The notes under the pieces: model-generated
Told to the model about the DNA's origin: nothing
Database searches by the model: none
The model's input: the letters and a program-made list of their open reading frames with translations, nothing else
Part shown: in pieces, positions 33,594-41,895 of the stretch
Layout: each line of letters begins with the position of its first letter
Position numbering within the stretch: position 1 is the stretch's first letter
Translations under genes and position numbers: made by a program
Assembly: GCA_030430425.1 (NCBI GenBank)
Contig: JAUIFS010000002.1
Location: 1 to 55,755, forward strand
Direction of reading: 5' to 3'
Source: a bacterium
GTDB taxonomy: Bacteria; Patescibacteriota; Minisyncoccia; Phycocordibacterales; UBA918
DNA length: 55,755 bases

Positions 33594-33830
33594 ATGAGTA
33601 CTCAGAAAAATAATCCATTGCATGGGATTACACTTAAGACGATGCTTGAAGAGCTTGTTGCAAAATATGGATGGAGTGAACTCGATGAACGTGTGCGCAT
33701 AAACTGTTTCCATACCGACCCAAGTGTAGCATCGAGTCTGAAGTTTTTGCGTAAAACACCGTGGGCGCGAGAGAAGGTGGAGAAGTTGTATATCGGGACG
33801 TTTTTTAAACGTGACGGGACAAGAAAATAA
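33594..33830 (+). CDS. VF530/DUF2132-family small protein
   Basis: [24 protein letters not shown]...[28 protein letters not shown] is the characteristic pattern. Confidence 0.75.
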   Translation: MSTQKNNPLHGITLKTMLEELVAKYGWSELDERVRINCFHTDPSVASSLKFLRKTPWAREKVEKLYIGTFFKRDGTRK

Positions 33831-33908
33831 CGAGTCTGAGCAACGTATCCTGTGGCAAAACCATGGTGCTTTTTGCGAAGAATATGCTATCGTAGCTACA
33901 TAACACAT

Positions 33909-34676
33909 ATGAAAAATCCAAAAATTATTGTATTGATTCTTGTGCTTGTTGCTCTTGGTGCAGCAGCATGGTTTCTTTCCGGGGTAGGTTCCGCTGTACA
34001 TACATCTTCATCAAATGCCGCAGGTATTGAAGGTGATCCGCACGATATTATTACTGACTATTATCAGGCTTGGCTTGTTGCAACAAAAGCAACAAACACA
34101 ACACCCTATGATGTTGGGCTTGCAGAAGAGATGTATCTTAGTGACGCGGTACGGACACAGATTGCTGCAGCTAAAACCGAAGGAGCTGGTATAGATCCGG
34201 TGTTGTGTCAGAGTGAAGTTCCTGACCAGATTGCTGTGAAGAAGGTGTTTGCCAATGATACTGGGTATGGAGCACTTGTTATTGGTCGAGGTCCTGAGCG
34301 AGAAAAAATGCTTGGTCAAGCGAGTGTGACACTCAGTGGCAGTGATGGAAAATGGATGGTTGAAAAGATTGAATGTCTTAGTGGTGAGTCAGCTCCAGAA
34401 CGTGAGTATGCATTTGAACGAGAAGGGTATCTCCTAAAAAGTGTTCCACCTCCGCTTAACTCTGACAATTGGCACTTAGTTTTTGAACAAAACGGTGAAA
34501 AGGGTCACACGGTGCCACTGTTCTTTGATGAGGCAGCGGTATGTATAGCACTGGATGGAACTGAATCGACATGTGATGAAGGTTCATTCACTGATGCGCA
34601 GAAAGCACTTGTACAAGCAAGTATGACTGAAGCAGGGGCGCAGGTACAACGTTTGACACTGCTTCTGGAGGAATAA
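33909..34676 (+). CDS. membrane-anchored hypothetical protein
   Basis: The ATG at 33909 gives MKNPKIIVLILVLVALGAAAWFL (TM). The extracytoplasmic part has no recognised motif. Confidence 0.6.
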   Translation: MKNPKIIVLILVLVALGAAAWFLSGVGSAVHTSSSNAAGIEGDPHDIITDYYQAWLVATKATNTTPYDVGLAEEMYLSDAVRTQIAAAKTEGAGIDPVLCQSEVPDQIAVKKVFANDTGYGALVIGRGPEREKMLGQASVTLSGSDGKWMVEKIECLSGESAPEREYAFEREGYLLKSVPPPLNSDNWHLVFEQNGEKGHTVPLFFDEAAVCIALDGTESTCDEGSFTDAQKALVQASMTEAGAQVQRLTLLLEE

Positions 34677-34685
34677 CGGCATACC

Positions 34686-34718
34686 AAAAAAACACCCAGC
34701 GATCGCTGGGTGTTTTTT
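34686..34718 (+). terminator. Hairpin terminator
   Basis: acacccagcgatcgctgggtgt palindrome flanked by aaaaaaa/tttttt. Confidence 0.8.
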
Positions 34719-34735
34719 GATATACTCTAACTATT

Positions 34736-35329
34736 ATGTATGGTGTAGATATTGCGCAAAGGCGGGCTGATGACTTGGATGCAAAAATGCTTGCATATAT
34801 TGCTGCACAAAGTGGAGTTTCAGTGCTTGACCTCGGTTCTGGCGCAGGAGGACAGTCTGTGCGTATGGCAGATGCAGGCGCACAGGTTTTCGCAGTTGAT
34901 ATTCTGGATCATGCTTCAAAAAACGCCCATCCCCACGTTACCTATATACAAGGAGATATGCGAGCTGTTGAAGCGCTTACAAAAGGGAAAGCATACGACA
35001 TGTGTTGTTTACAGCGCGCTATACACTATATACCGTATGCAGATGCTTGTGCACTTTTGCAAACATTAAAAAAGATAGTGTACGGACCTTTGTATATATC
35101 ATTTTCGGGACTCGAGAGCGATATTGGTGCTCAGTATCCAGATGCAGGAAAGGAACTTGCTGATCGTTTCTGTGCGCTGCCACGTGCTGCTGCAGATACG
35201 TTTTCTATCACGCAACCAATTTGTTTATACACACCTGAAGAATGTGCGGATTTGCTATGCGCAACAGGATGGCATATTGAAGAGCTCTGGGTGTCTGCCT
35301 TTGGCAACAGTAAGGCTCTGTGTACGTGA
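34736..35329 (+). CDS. class I SAM-dependent methyltransferase
   Basis: Motif I VLDLGSGAGGQSVRMA, then VFAVDIL. Confidence 0.8.
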   Translation: MYGVDIAQRRADDLDAKMLAYIAAQSGVSVLDLGSGAGGQSVRMADAGAQVFAVDILDHASKNAHPHVTYIQGDMRAVEALTKGKAYDMCCLQRAIHYIPYADACALLQTLKKIVYGPLYISFSGLESDIGAQYPDAGKELADRFCALPRAAADTFSITQPICLYTPEECADLLCATGWHIEELWVSAFGNSKALCT

Positions 35330-35377
35330 GTATTGTAGTCACTACAGATGTACCACAGAAATACCCGTAGCTGCTTA

Positions 35378-35707
35378 TTAATAGGGGATTTGGCACTCTT
35401 CAAAACAATGCGCGGCACGATTGAGTTTGTATATGCGTTCACGCCCCTGTTCCGTTACGGTCACCGCATCAACCGACTTAAGCGTATTGAGGTGGTGGGT
35501 GACGGTTGGTTGTTTTAGTCCAAGTTTTTGGGTGAGTGCAGTCACTGTTGCGCCGTCTTTTTGTGTTCCTAAAAAACAAACAAGTTGGTATCTGCTTTTT
35601 ACACCAACAACTTTAAAACAATCAGGACAGAGCTCTTCTTCGGTTGTAACTGAATCTTTAACCCAAGATGGGCGCGGGTACGTTTCTTTCTCTTGACTTT
35701 GTGACAT
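35378..35707 (-). CDS. ArsR/SmtB-family transcriptional regulator
   Basis: Met15 (35707) preferred. wHTH TVTALTQKLGLKQPTVTHHLNTLKSVDAV, with Cys pairs CPDC and CFEEC flanking the HTH. Confidence 0.8.
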   Translation of the reverse strand: MSQSQEKETYPRPSWVKDSVTTEEELCPDCFKVVGVKSRYQLVCFLGTQKDGATVTALTQKLGLKQPTVTHHLNTLKSVDAVTVTEQGRERIYKLNRAAHCFEECQIPY

Positions 35708-35733
35708 AAAAATTCCACAGTGCACTATCCACA

Positions 35734-35757
35734 ACACATAGATGATCATCTATGTGT
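35734..35757. promoter_or_regulatory. 24-bp perfect palindrome in the arsR-like/nrdB divergent region
   Basis: ACACATAGATGATCATCTATGTGT. Confidence 0.55.
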
Positions 35758-35764
35758 ATACTGG

Positions 35765-35792
35765 GTATCTATAGACAACTGTCTATAGATAC
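35765..35792. promoter_or_regulatory. 28-bp inverted repeat (13-bp arms, 2-nt centre)
   Basis: GTATCTATAGACA-AC-TGTCTATAGATAC. Confidence 0.55.
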
Positions 35793-35874
35793 TACCATAT
35801 CTCCACTGTGGTTTTCCAACATATTGCAACTGCGTATGTTGGCTTTATTGACTAACATTACAACACAACAAAGT

Positions 35875-37188
35875 ATGACCATTGAGAAAATTCGTAAACG
35901 AGATGGTGCAGTCCAATCTTTTGATAGACAAAAAATTGAAACTGCTGTTGCCAAAGCACTCTCGGAAACAGGTGAAGGAAAATCTGAAAGCACAACAACA
36001 GTTGTGGAAAAAATTATGCAGCACATTGATACATTGTGTACCAATGCGCAGACACCAGGTACTCCTGAACATGACGCAGGTCTGTGTGAAAATGGCTATC
36101 CTACAGTGGAAGAAGTGCAGGATATAGTGGAGCGCTCACTTATGGAGCTTGATTATTTTGAGACCGCAAAAGCATATATTCTCTATAGAAATGCACGAGA
36201 AAAACTACGACAACGTGATTTATTTAAGAAACGAACTGCCTTTCGACCATATGAATATCCTGAGTTGGTTGCATATGTAGATGCAATTCGGCATTCGTAC
36301 TGGGTACACACTGAGTTTAACTACACAAGTGATATTCAAGACTTTATGACGAATGTGACTGATGCAGAGCGTCAGGCATTGCGAAAGACCATGTTGGCTA
36401 TTGCGCAGATTGAAGTTGCGGTGAAGACGTTTTGGGGCAACATTTACCACAAAATGCCAAAACCAGAGATCGGTGCTGTGGGTGCAACATTTGCAGAAAG
36501 CGAGGTGCGCCATATGGATGCCTACGCACATCTTCTGGAACTGTTAAATCTTAACGATGAGTTTGCTTCGTTGCATGCTGTTCCTTCAATTCAGTCACGC
36601 ATAGAATATCTCGATAAAGTAAATACACTCGCACAAGCACAAGACAAAAGTGAGTATGCGCAAGCGGTACTATTGTTCTCACTCTTTGTTGAGCACGTGT
36701 CGTTGTTTTCACAGTTTTTAGTCATCATGTCATTTAATAAATATAAAAACTTATTTAAAGGCATGTCTAATGCAGTTGAAGCAACATCAAAAGAAGAGCA
36801 GATACATGGCATGTTTGGTATTGATGTAATTAACATCATTAAAGAAGAACATCCCGAATGGTTTGATGAAGCGCAAGTAAAAGAAGTTCGCGCGATGTGC
36901 ATCGAAGCCTTTCAGGCTGAAAGTGAAATTATTGATTGGATTTTTGCAGAAGGTGAGCTCGATTTTATGCCTGCTGATTGGGTAAAGGAGTTTGTGAAGC
37001 AGCGTCTGAATAATTCATTGGTGAGTATTGGAGTGAGCCCTGTATTTACTATTGACGAGGCATTGGTTGAGAACACTGATTGGTTTGACGACGAGGTGAT
37101 TGCAACAAAACATGTCGATTTCTTTGACAAACGTTCTATTAACTACAACAAACGAAATAACAGCGTAACGGGCGATGACCTATTCTAG
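35875..37188 (+). CDS. nrdB: class I ribonucleotide reductase beta subunit with N-terminal ATP-cone
   Basis: The ATG at 35875 gives MTIEKIRKRDGAVQSFDRQKIETAVAKAL (ATP-cone). Ferritin-like core with ESEVRHMDAY (ExxH + Tyr), VEHVSLFSQF, KEEQIHG, and an acidic C-terminal tail. Confidence 0.92.
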   Translation: MTIEKIRKRDGAVQSFDRQKIETAVAKALSETGEGKSESTTTVVEKIMQHIDTLCTNAQTPGTPEHDAGLCENGYPTVEEVQDIVERSLMELDYFETAKAYILYRNAREKLRQRDLFKKRTAFRPYEYPELVAYVDAIRHSYWVHTEFNYTSDIQDFMTNVTDAERQALRKTMLAIAQIEVAVKTFWGNIYHKMPKPEIGAVGATFAESEVRHMDAYAHLLELLNLNDEFASLHAVPSIQSRIEYLDKVNTLAQAQDKSEYAQAVLLFSLFVEHVSLFSQFLVIMSFNKYKNLFKGMSNAVEATSKEEQIHGMFGIDVINIIKEEHPEWFDEAQVKEVRAMCIEAFQAESEIIDWIFAEGELDFMPADWVKEFVKQRLNNSLVSIGVSPVFTIDEALVENTDWFDDEVIATKHVDFFDKRSINYNKRNNSVTGDDLF

Positions 37189-37206
37189 GCATCAACAACA
37201 ATAACT

Positions 37207-38898
37207 ATGATTGATCGAACACAGCCATGGTACTGGCTTAACGACAATAGTACCGCTTTTTTGGAGAGGGGATATTTGCTTCCAGGACAAACTGCGCAGG
37301 AGCGTACGCGCTTTATTGGTGAGCACGCAGAGAATATATTGCAGCGACCAGGTTTTGCGGACAAGTTTGAAGAATACATGAGTAAAGGATGGATTTCGTT
37401 AGCAACACCAGTTTGGGTGAACTTTGGGCTTGAGCGTGGGTTGCCCATTAGTTGCTTTGGGTCGTACATTCCTGATGATATGCCGGGTATTCTTCATACG
37501 CAAGCAGAAGTTGGAATGATGAGTAAGTATGGTGGCGGCACGTCTGCCTTCTTTGGACATTTGCGTGAGCGCGGGTCAGAGATTACGAATAACGGCACAT
37601 CTTCAGGACCGGTGCATTTTATGCAGCTGTATGAGTCGCTTTTGAATGTTGTAAGTCAAGGAGCAACACGGCGCGGAACGTTTGCTGCATATCTGCCTAT
37701 AGAGCATCCGGACATACTCGAGTTCTTAGACATTGGTACCGAAGGTAACCCAATCCAGAAAATTAATCATGCAGTTACCGTAACCGACGCATGGTTGACT
37801 GCCATGGAGGCAGGTGATGAAGAGAAGCGTGCAATTTGGGCAAAAGTGCTACAACGTCGTGGCGAAATGGGGTATCCCTACATTATGTTTATTGATAACG
37901 CGAATACCGGACGTCCAGAAGTGTACAAGGAGAAAGATCTGCAAATATATGCAAGCAATGTTTGTAGCGAAATCATGCTTCCGAGTAAAGAGGATTGGTC
38001 GTTTGTGTGCTGTCTGTCTTCTGTAAACGTACTACATTATGACCAGTGGAAAGATACTGACTTGATTGAAGTTATGATTGGCTTGCTTGACGCAGTCATG
38101 ACTGAATTTATACAAAAACTTGAAGCAATGCGGGACAGTAATGCGCGGGACAAACAACAGGCGTTTCTGTTTATGGAACGTGCGTACAACTTTGCAAAAG
38201 AGAATCGTGCACTCGGACTGGGGGCACTTGGCTACCACTCACTGTTGCAGTCACAAAATATACCGTACGAAAGTGTTGAAGCGGGGAAGCTTAATGTGGC
38301 AATCTTTAAAGATATTCGCGAAAAAGCAGAAGCAGCATCAGAAAAGCTTGCACGGCAGTTTGGTGAACCTGAAATAATGAAAGGAACAGGCATGCGAAAT
38401 GCAACACTCATGACTGTTGCCCCGAATACGTCTTCAGCTTTTATTCTTGGGCAAGTTTCACAAGGTATCGAGCCTGTTTGGAGTAACTGTTATGTAAAAG
38501 ATGTCGCAAAGCTTAAGGTGACTATCAAGAACCCGTTTCTTGAAGCATTGCTCGAAAAAAAGGGAATGAATAAAAAGGAAATATGGGCAAGTATCCGAGA
38601 CAACGACGGTTCAGTACAACACCTTGAGTGCCTTACTTCTGAAGAGAAGGATGTCTTCCGCACGTTTGCTGAGCTTGACCAAGGGGTGGTTATTGAGCGA
38701 GCGGCAGTACGACAGCAATATATCGATCAAGGACAGTCACTCAATATTATGGTGCCACCAAGTATGCCGGTAAAGGAAATAAACAAACTCTATATGCAAG
38801 CGTGGAAACAGGGAGTTAAAGCATTGTATTACCAGCATAGTATGAATGCGGCACAAGAGTTTGCGCGACAAAAGATTTGTCGATCGTGTGAGGGATAA
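37207..38898 (+). CDS. nrdA: class I ribonucleotide reductase alpha subunit lacking an ATP-cone
   Basis: SNVCSEIMLPS active-site loop, APNTSSA, YYQH, C-terminal CRSCEG Cys pair. 563 aa and begins directly with the core. Confidence 0.92.
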   Translation: MIDRTQPWYWLNDNSTAFLERGYLLPGQTAQERTRFIGEHAENILQRPGFADKFEEYMSKGWISLATPVWVNFGLERGLPISCFGSYIPDDMPGILHTQAEVGMMSKYGGGTSAFFGHLRERGSEITNNGTSSGPVHFMQLYESLLNVVSQGATRRGTFAAYLPIEHPDILEFLDIGTEGNPIQKINHAVTVTDAWLTAMEAGDEEKRAIWAKVLQRRGEMGYPYIMFIDNANTGRPEVYKEKDLQIYASNVCSEIMLPSKEDWSFVCCLSSVNVLHYDQWKDTDLIEVMIGLLDAVMTEFIQKLEAMRDSNARDKQQAFLFMERAYNFAKENRALGLGALGYHSLLQSQNIPYESVEAGKLNVAIFKDIREKAEAASEKLARQFGEPEIMKGTGMRNATLMTVAPNTSSAFILGQVSQGIEPVWSNCYVKDVAKLKVTIKNPFLEALLEKKGMNKKEIWASIRDNDGSVQHLECLTSEEKDVFRTFAELDQGVVIERAAVRQQYIDQGQSLNIMVPPSMPVKEINKLYMQAWKQGVKALYYQHSMNAAQEFARQKICRSCEG

Positions 38899-38922
38899 TA
38901 TATTAGAATAAGTATTATATAT

Positions 38923-39306
38923 ATGAACAAAACAGTACAACAATCATTAACAGACGCCACGCAATACGCACTGGCAACAACGGGAGCGTCTGGACTAAAT
39001 GTAGTGCCGCTTTCAATGCTTCGCGTTGTAGACGATACCGTATGGGTATTTGATTTCTTTATGTCAAAAACCGCAAAAAATTGTAAGGAACATGAAGCGG
39101 TAGCGCTCGCTGCATGGAAGGATTTTGCGGGGGTACAAATTCATGGGACGGCACAATATATTACCGAGGGAGCACTTTTTGCTGATGCAGTTGCGTGGGT
39201 TGCCACTGAAAATCCCGATCGTGTCGTGCGTGGATTGCTCGTGATCACTCCTACAAAAATATATGACATTTCTGCGGGCGCACATGCAGGAACAGAGATT
39301 GTGTAA
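38923..39306 (+). CDS. pyridoxamine-5'-phosphate-oxidase-like FMN-binding split-barrel protein
   Basis: LATTGASGLNVVPLSMLRVVDDTVWVFDFFMSKTAKN is typical of the PNPOx-like small flavoprotein family. Immediately downstream of nrdA. Confidence 0.65.
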   Translation: MNKTVQQSLTDATQYALATTGASGLNVVPLSMLRVVDDTVWVFDFFMSKTAKNCKEHEAVALAAWKDFAGVQIHGTAQYITEGALFADAVAWVATENPDRVVRGLLVITPTKIYDISAGAHAGTEIV

Positions 39307-39449
39307 CTACATACTCATTATTCCTGCGTTGATCACCACTGGCGTGATATGTGATAAAATAGATATCCAAATAGTGTTACAGAACGGTCACGGAGCACAT
39401 ACTATTTGTTTATGAGCAGAAAAGGTTATTACGTTAAGATTTTTTGAGT

Positions 39450-40403
39450 ATGAAAAATATTATTATTGCTGTCGTGGGACTGACGTTGATTGCAGGGATA
39501 CTGTATTTCTTTACACAAACTGAAAGCTACAAAAAAACAGAAGATGATACTGCACGCAATGCGGATGGATCAGTACAAGTCGAAAATGGAGACGATCCGA
39601 TACCTGTTGAGCCAGACGGAGGAATAGGTGACGGCGCAGAGTCACTTGATGATTTGCTCGATGATACAAAAACAGTTATTGGTGCCTCTACAGAAGGAAA
39701 CGATATTGTTGCGTATCATTTCGGATCGGGAGATACAGAAGTGCTTTTTATTGGTGGTATTCATGCTGGGTATTCTTGGAACACGGTTTTGGTTGCATAT
39801 GAACTCATGGATTATCTTGATGCACCTAATAGAGTCCCTGAGGGGGTAAAAGTTACTGTGATTCCAACACTTAACCCTGACGGGCAGGAAGCAGTTATTG
39901 GTACTACCGGACAGTTTACTGCAGCAGCAGTTCCTGCCGATGCAGCAAAGACGATCGAGGGGCGTTTTAACGGAAACAATGTAGACCTCAACCGAAACTT
40001 TGATTGTGACTGGCAGGCAGATGGCGTATGGCAAAATAAGCAAGTCAGCGGAGGGAGTGCACCATTCTCAGAGCCTGAATCAGCAGCGTTGCGTGACTAT
40101 GTAGCTAAAAACAAACCAACTGCAGTTGTTGCCTACTACGCAGCAGCAGGTGGGGTGTATGCATCAAGTTGTCATAATGGTGTGTCAGCAGATACTTCTG
40201 CACTTACAAAGCTCTACGCAGATGCAGCAGGGTATGGAGCACATGAAGAATTTGACTTCTACGAAGTAACAGGAGACATGGTGAACTGGTTGGCAAAGCA
40301 AGGAGTGCCTGCAATTAGTGTACTGCTCTCAGACCATACAAATATTGAGTGGGACAAAAATAAAAAGGGAATTGAAGCCGTCCTTAAGCAGTACGCACAA
40401 TAA
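39450..40403 (+). CDS. M14-like carboxypeptidase homologue with degenerate active site (probable pseudo-enzyme)
   Basis: Paralogue of the next gene. Retains NPDG and VDLNRNFDC, but has HAGYSW (Ser for the zinc-ligand Glu), AYYAAAGG (Tyr for the second zinc His) and ISVLL (Leu for the catalytic Glu). N-terminal TM anchor. Confidence 0.8.
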   Translation: MKNIIIAVVGLTLIAGILYFFTQTESYKKTEDDTARNADGSVQVENGDDPIPVEPDGGIGDGAESLDDLLDDTKTVIGASTEGNDIVAYHFGSGDTEVLFIGGIHAGYSWNTVLVAYELMDYLDAPNRVPEGVKVTVIPTLNPDGQEAVIGTTGQFTAAAVPADAAKTIEGRFNGNNVDLNRNFDCDWQADGVWQNKQVSGGSAPFSEPESAALRDYVAKNKPTAVVAYYAAAGGVYASSCHNGVSADTSALTKLYADAAGYGAHEEFDFYEVTGDMVNWLAKQGVPAISVLLSDHTNIEWDKNKKGIEAVLKQYAQ

Positions 40404-40405
40404 GT

Positions 40406-41317
40406 ATGGAGATACGGAAGATACTACTCGCGGTACTTGCTGTGGGCATACTGGTGCTAGCAGCGTTGCTGTTTTTGGGTGGTTCGGAGCCAGTTTCGGA
40501 AGAAGTTGTTGAAGATATCCAAGAAGAAGTTACAGAAGAAATCGCTGCACCAGTGACACAATCTGTAATAGGTACATCGGTGGAAGGTCGCAGTATAGAA
40601 GCCTATACCTTTGGAACAGGAGAGACTGACATGCTGTTTGTCGGTGGTATCCACGGAGGATACGAATGGAATAGCGTGCTGCTTGCGTACCAATTTATCG
40701 AGGCGTACAAAGCAGTGCCCGCGCTCGTTCCTGAGCATGTGACGGTGCATATTATTCCAAGCCTTAATCCAGATGGGGTTGCGATGGTGACGGGGAAAGA
40801 TGGACGTTTTACTGAGGCTGATATTCTCTCATCGGTTGATCAGGCTACCGCTCGGTTTAATGCAAACGGAGTGGACCTTAACCGAAATTTTGACTGTAAG
40901 TGGCAGAGCGAGAGTTCATGGAGAGGGAAGTCTGTAAGTGCGGGTGCTGCACCGTTCTCTGAACCTGAAGCGGTAGCACTGCGTGACTATGTAGCTTCTA
41001 TTGCACCTGAAGCGGTAGTATTCTGGCATTCACAAGCAAACAATGTGTATGCTTCTGAGTGTGAAAATGGTGTCTTGCCAAAGACGCTTGAGGTGATGCA
41101 GGTGTATGCAGACGCTGCAGGGTATGGGGCCGTTCCTAGCTTTGACGCGTACCCAGTTACTGGGGACGCAGAAGGGTGGCTTGCATCGATTGGTATACCT
41201 GCTATTACGGTAGAAATGAAGACGCATGAAACAATTGAGTTTGCACAGAATAATGAAGGAGTAGAGGCACTCTACGCATTGTTTGCTCCCGAGGAAGAAC
41301 ATCTTGAAGTTCAGTAA
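40406..41317 (+). CDS. M14-family zinc carboxypeptidase, membrane-anchored
   Basis: GGIHGGYEW, NPDG, VDLNRNFDC, VVFWHSQ, AITVEM. All expected ligand and catalytic positions are occupied. Confidence 0.85.
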   Translation: MEIRKILLAVLAVGILVLAALLFLGGSEPVSEEVVEDIQEEVTEEIAAPVTQSVIGTSVEGRSIEAYTFGTGETDMLFVGGIHGGYEWNSVLLAYQFIEAYKAVPALVPEHVTVHIIPSLNPDGVAMVTGKDGRFTEADILSSVDQATARFNANGVDLNRNFDCKWQSESSWRGKSVSAGAAPFSEPEAVALRDYVASIAPEAVVFWHSQANNVYASECENGVLPKTLEVMQVYADAAGYGAVPSFDAYPVTGDAEGWLASIGIPAITVEMKTHETIEFAQNNEGVEALYALFAPEEEHLEVQ

Positions 41318-41327
41318 GGAGCATAAT

Positions 41328-41357
41328 AAAATGCCTCGGCAGCTGCCGAGGCATTTT
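41328..41357. terminator. Bidirectional hairpin terminator
   Basis: aaaatgcctcggc/gccgaggcatttt, loop agct, between the convergent M14 and cupin genes. Confidence 0.8.
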
Positions 41358-41358
41358 A

Positions 41359-41745
41359 TTATTCTGTTGTTGTTCCGTCAAAGTGTTCGTGCGCTTCTTC
41401 ACTTTTTGTCTTGTGGACTGTTTGGTCTTTATGTTCAGGTGGTGTGTAGATGGAGTATATTTTTAATTCTGTTGTACCTGTGTTGCGTACGTTGTGCTTT
41501 ACTCCTGAAGGAATCACTACCGCATGTTCGGCAGGTAGCTCATGAACATCGTCGTTTAAGAGTACTTGCGCTTCTCCTGATTCGACACGGATGAACTGAT
41601 CGAGCTCATGAACTTCCTCTCCTATATCGTCGCCCGGTTGTATGTTCATTAACACCAACTGGCTATTGTTTGTAGTGTAGAGCACGCGGCGATAATCAGT
41701 GTTTTTAAGTGTTTCTTCTTCAATATTTAGTATATATCCGTTCAT
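41359..41745 (-). CDS. cupin-domain protein
   Basis: GEEVHELDQFIRVESGEA ... IPSGVKHNVRNTG two-motif cupin signature. Confidence 0.8.
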   Translation of the reverse strand: MNGYILNIEEETLKNTDYRRVLYTTNNSQLVLMNIQPGDDIGEEVHELDQFIRVESGEAQVLLNDDVHELPAEHAVVIPSGVKHNVRNTGTTELKIYSIYTPPEHKDQTVHKTKSEEAHEHFDGTTTE

Positions 41746-41789
41746 ATAGTTTTCATTTTAGTTTTGTATATTGGTGTATACGCCAAAAA

Positions 41790-41836
41790 GTCATTCGTGC
41801 TATTATACCCCCTAGGGGTATAATAGCACGAATGAC
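41790..41836. repeat. 47-nt perfect hairpin/palindrome (22-bp stem, 3-nt loop) upstream of the cupin gene
   Basis: gtcattcgtgctattatacccc-cta-ggggtataatagcacgaatgac. It carries TATAAT on both strands. Confidence 0.85.
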
Positions 41837-41845
41837 CCAGAGACA

Positions 41846-41880
41846 AAAGAAAACACCAGCCTGACTGGTGTTTTCTTTTG
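41846..41880 (-). terminator. Helicase terminator
   Basis: 15-bp stem aaaagaaaacaccag/ctggtgttttctttt, loop cctga. Confidence 0.8.
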
Positions 41881-41895
41881 AAGTATTTGCTGTAA

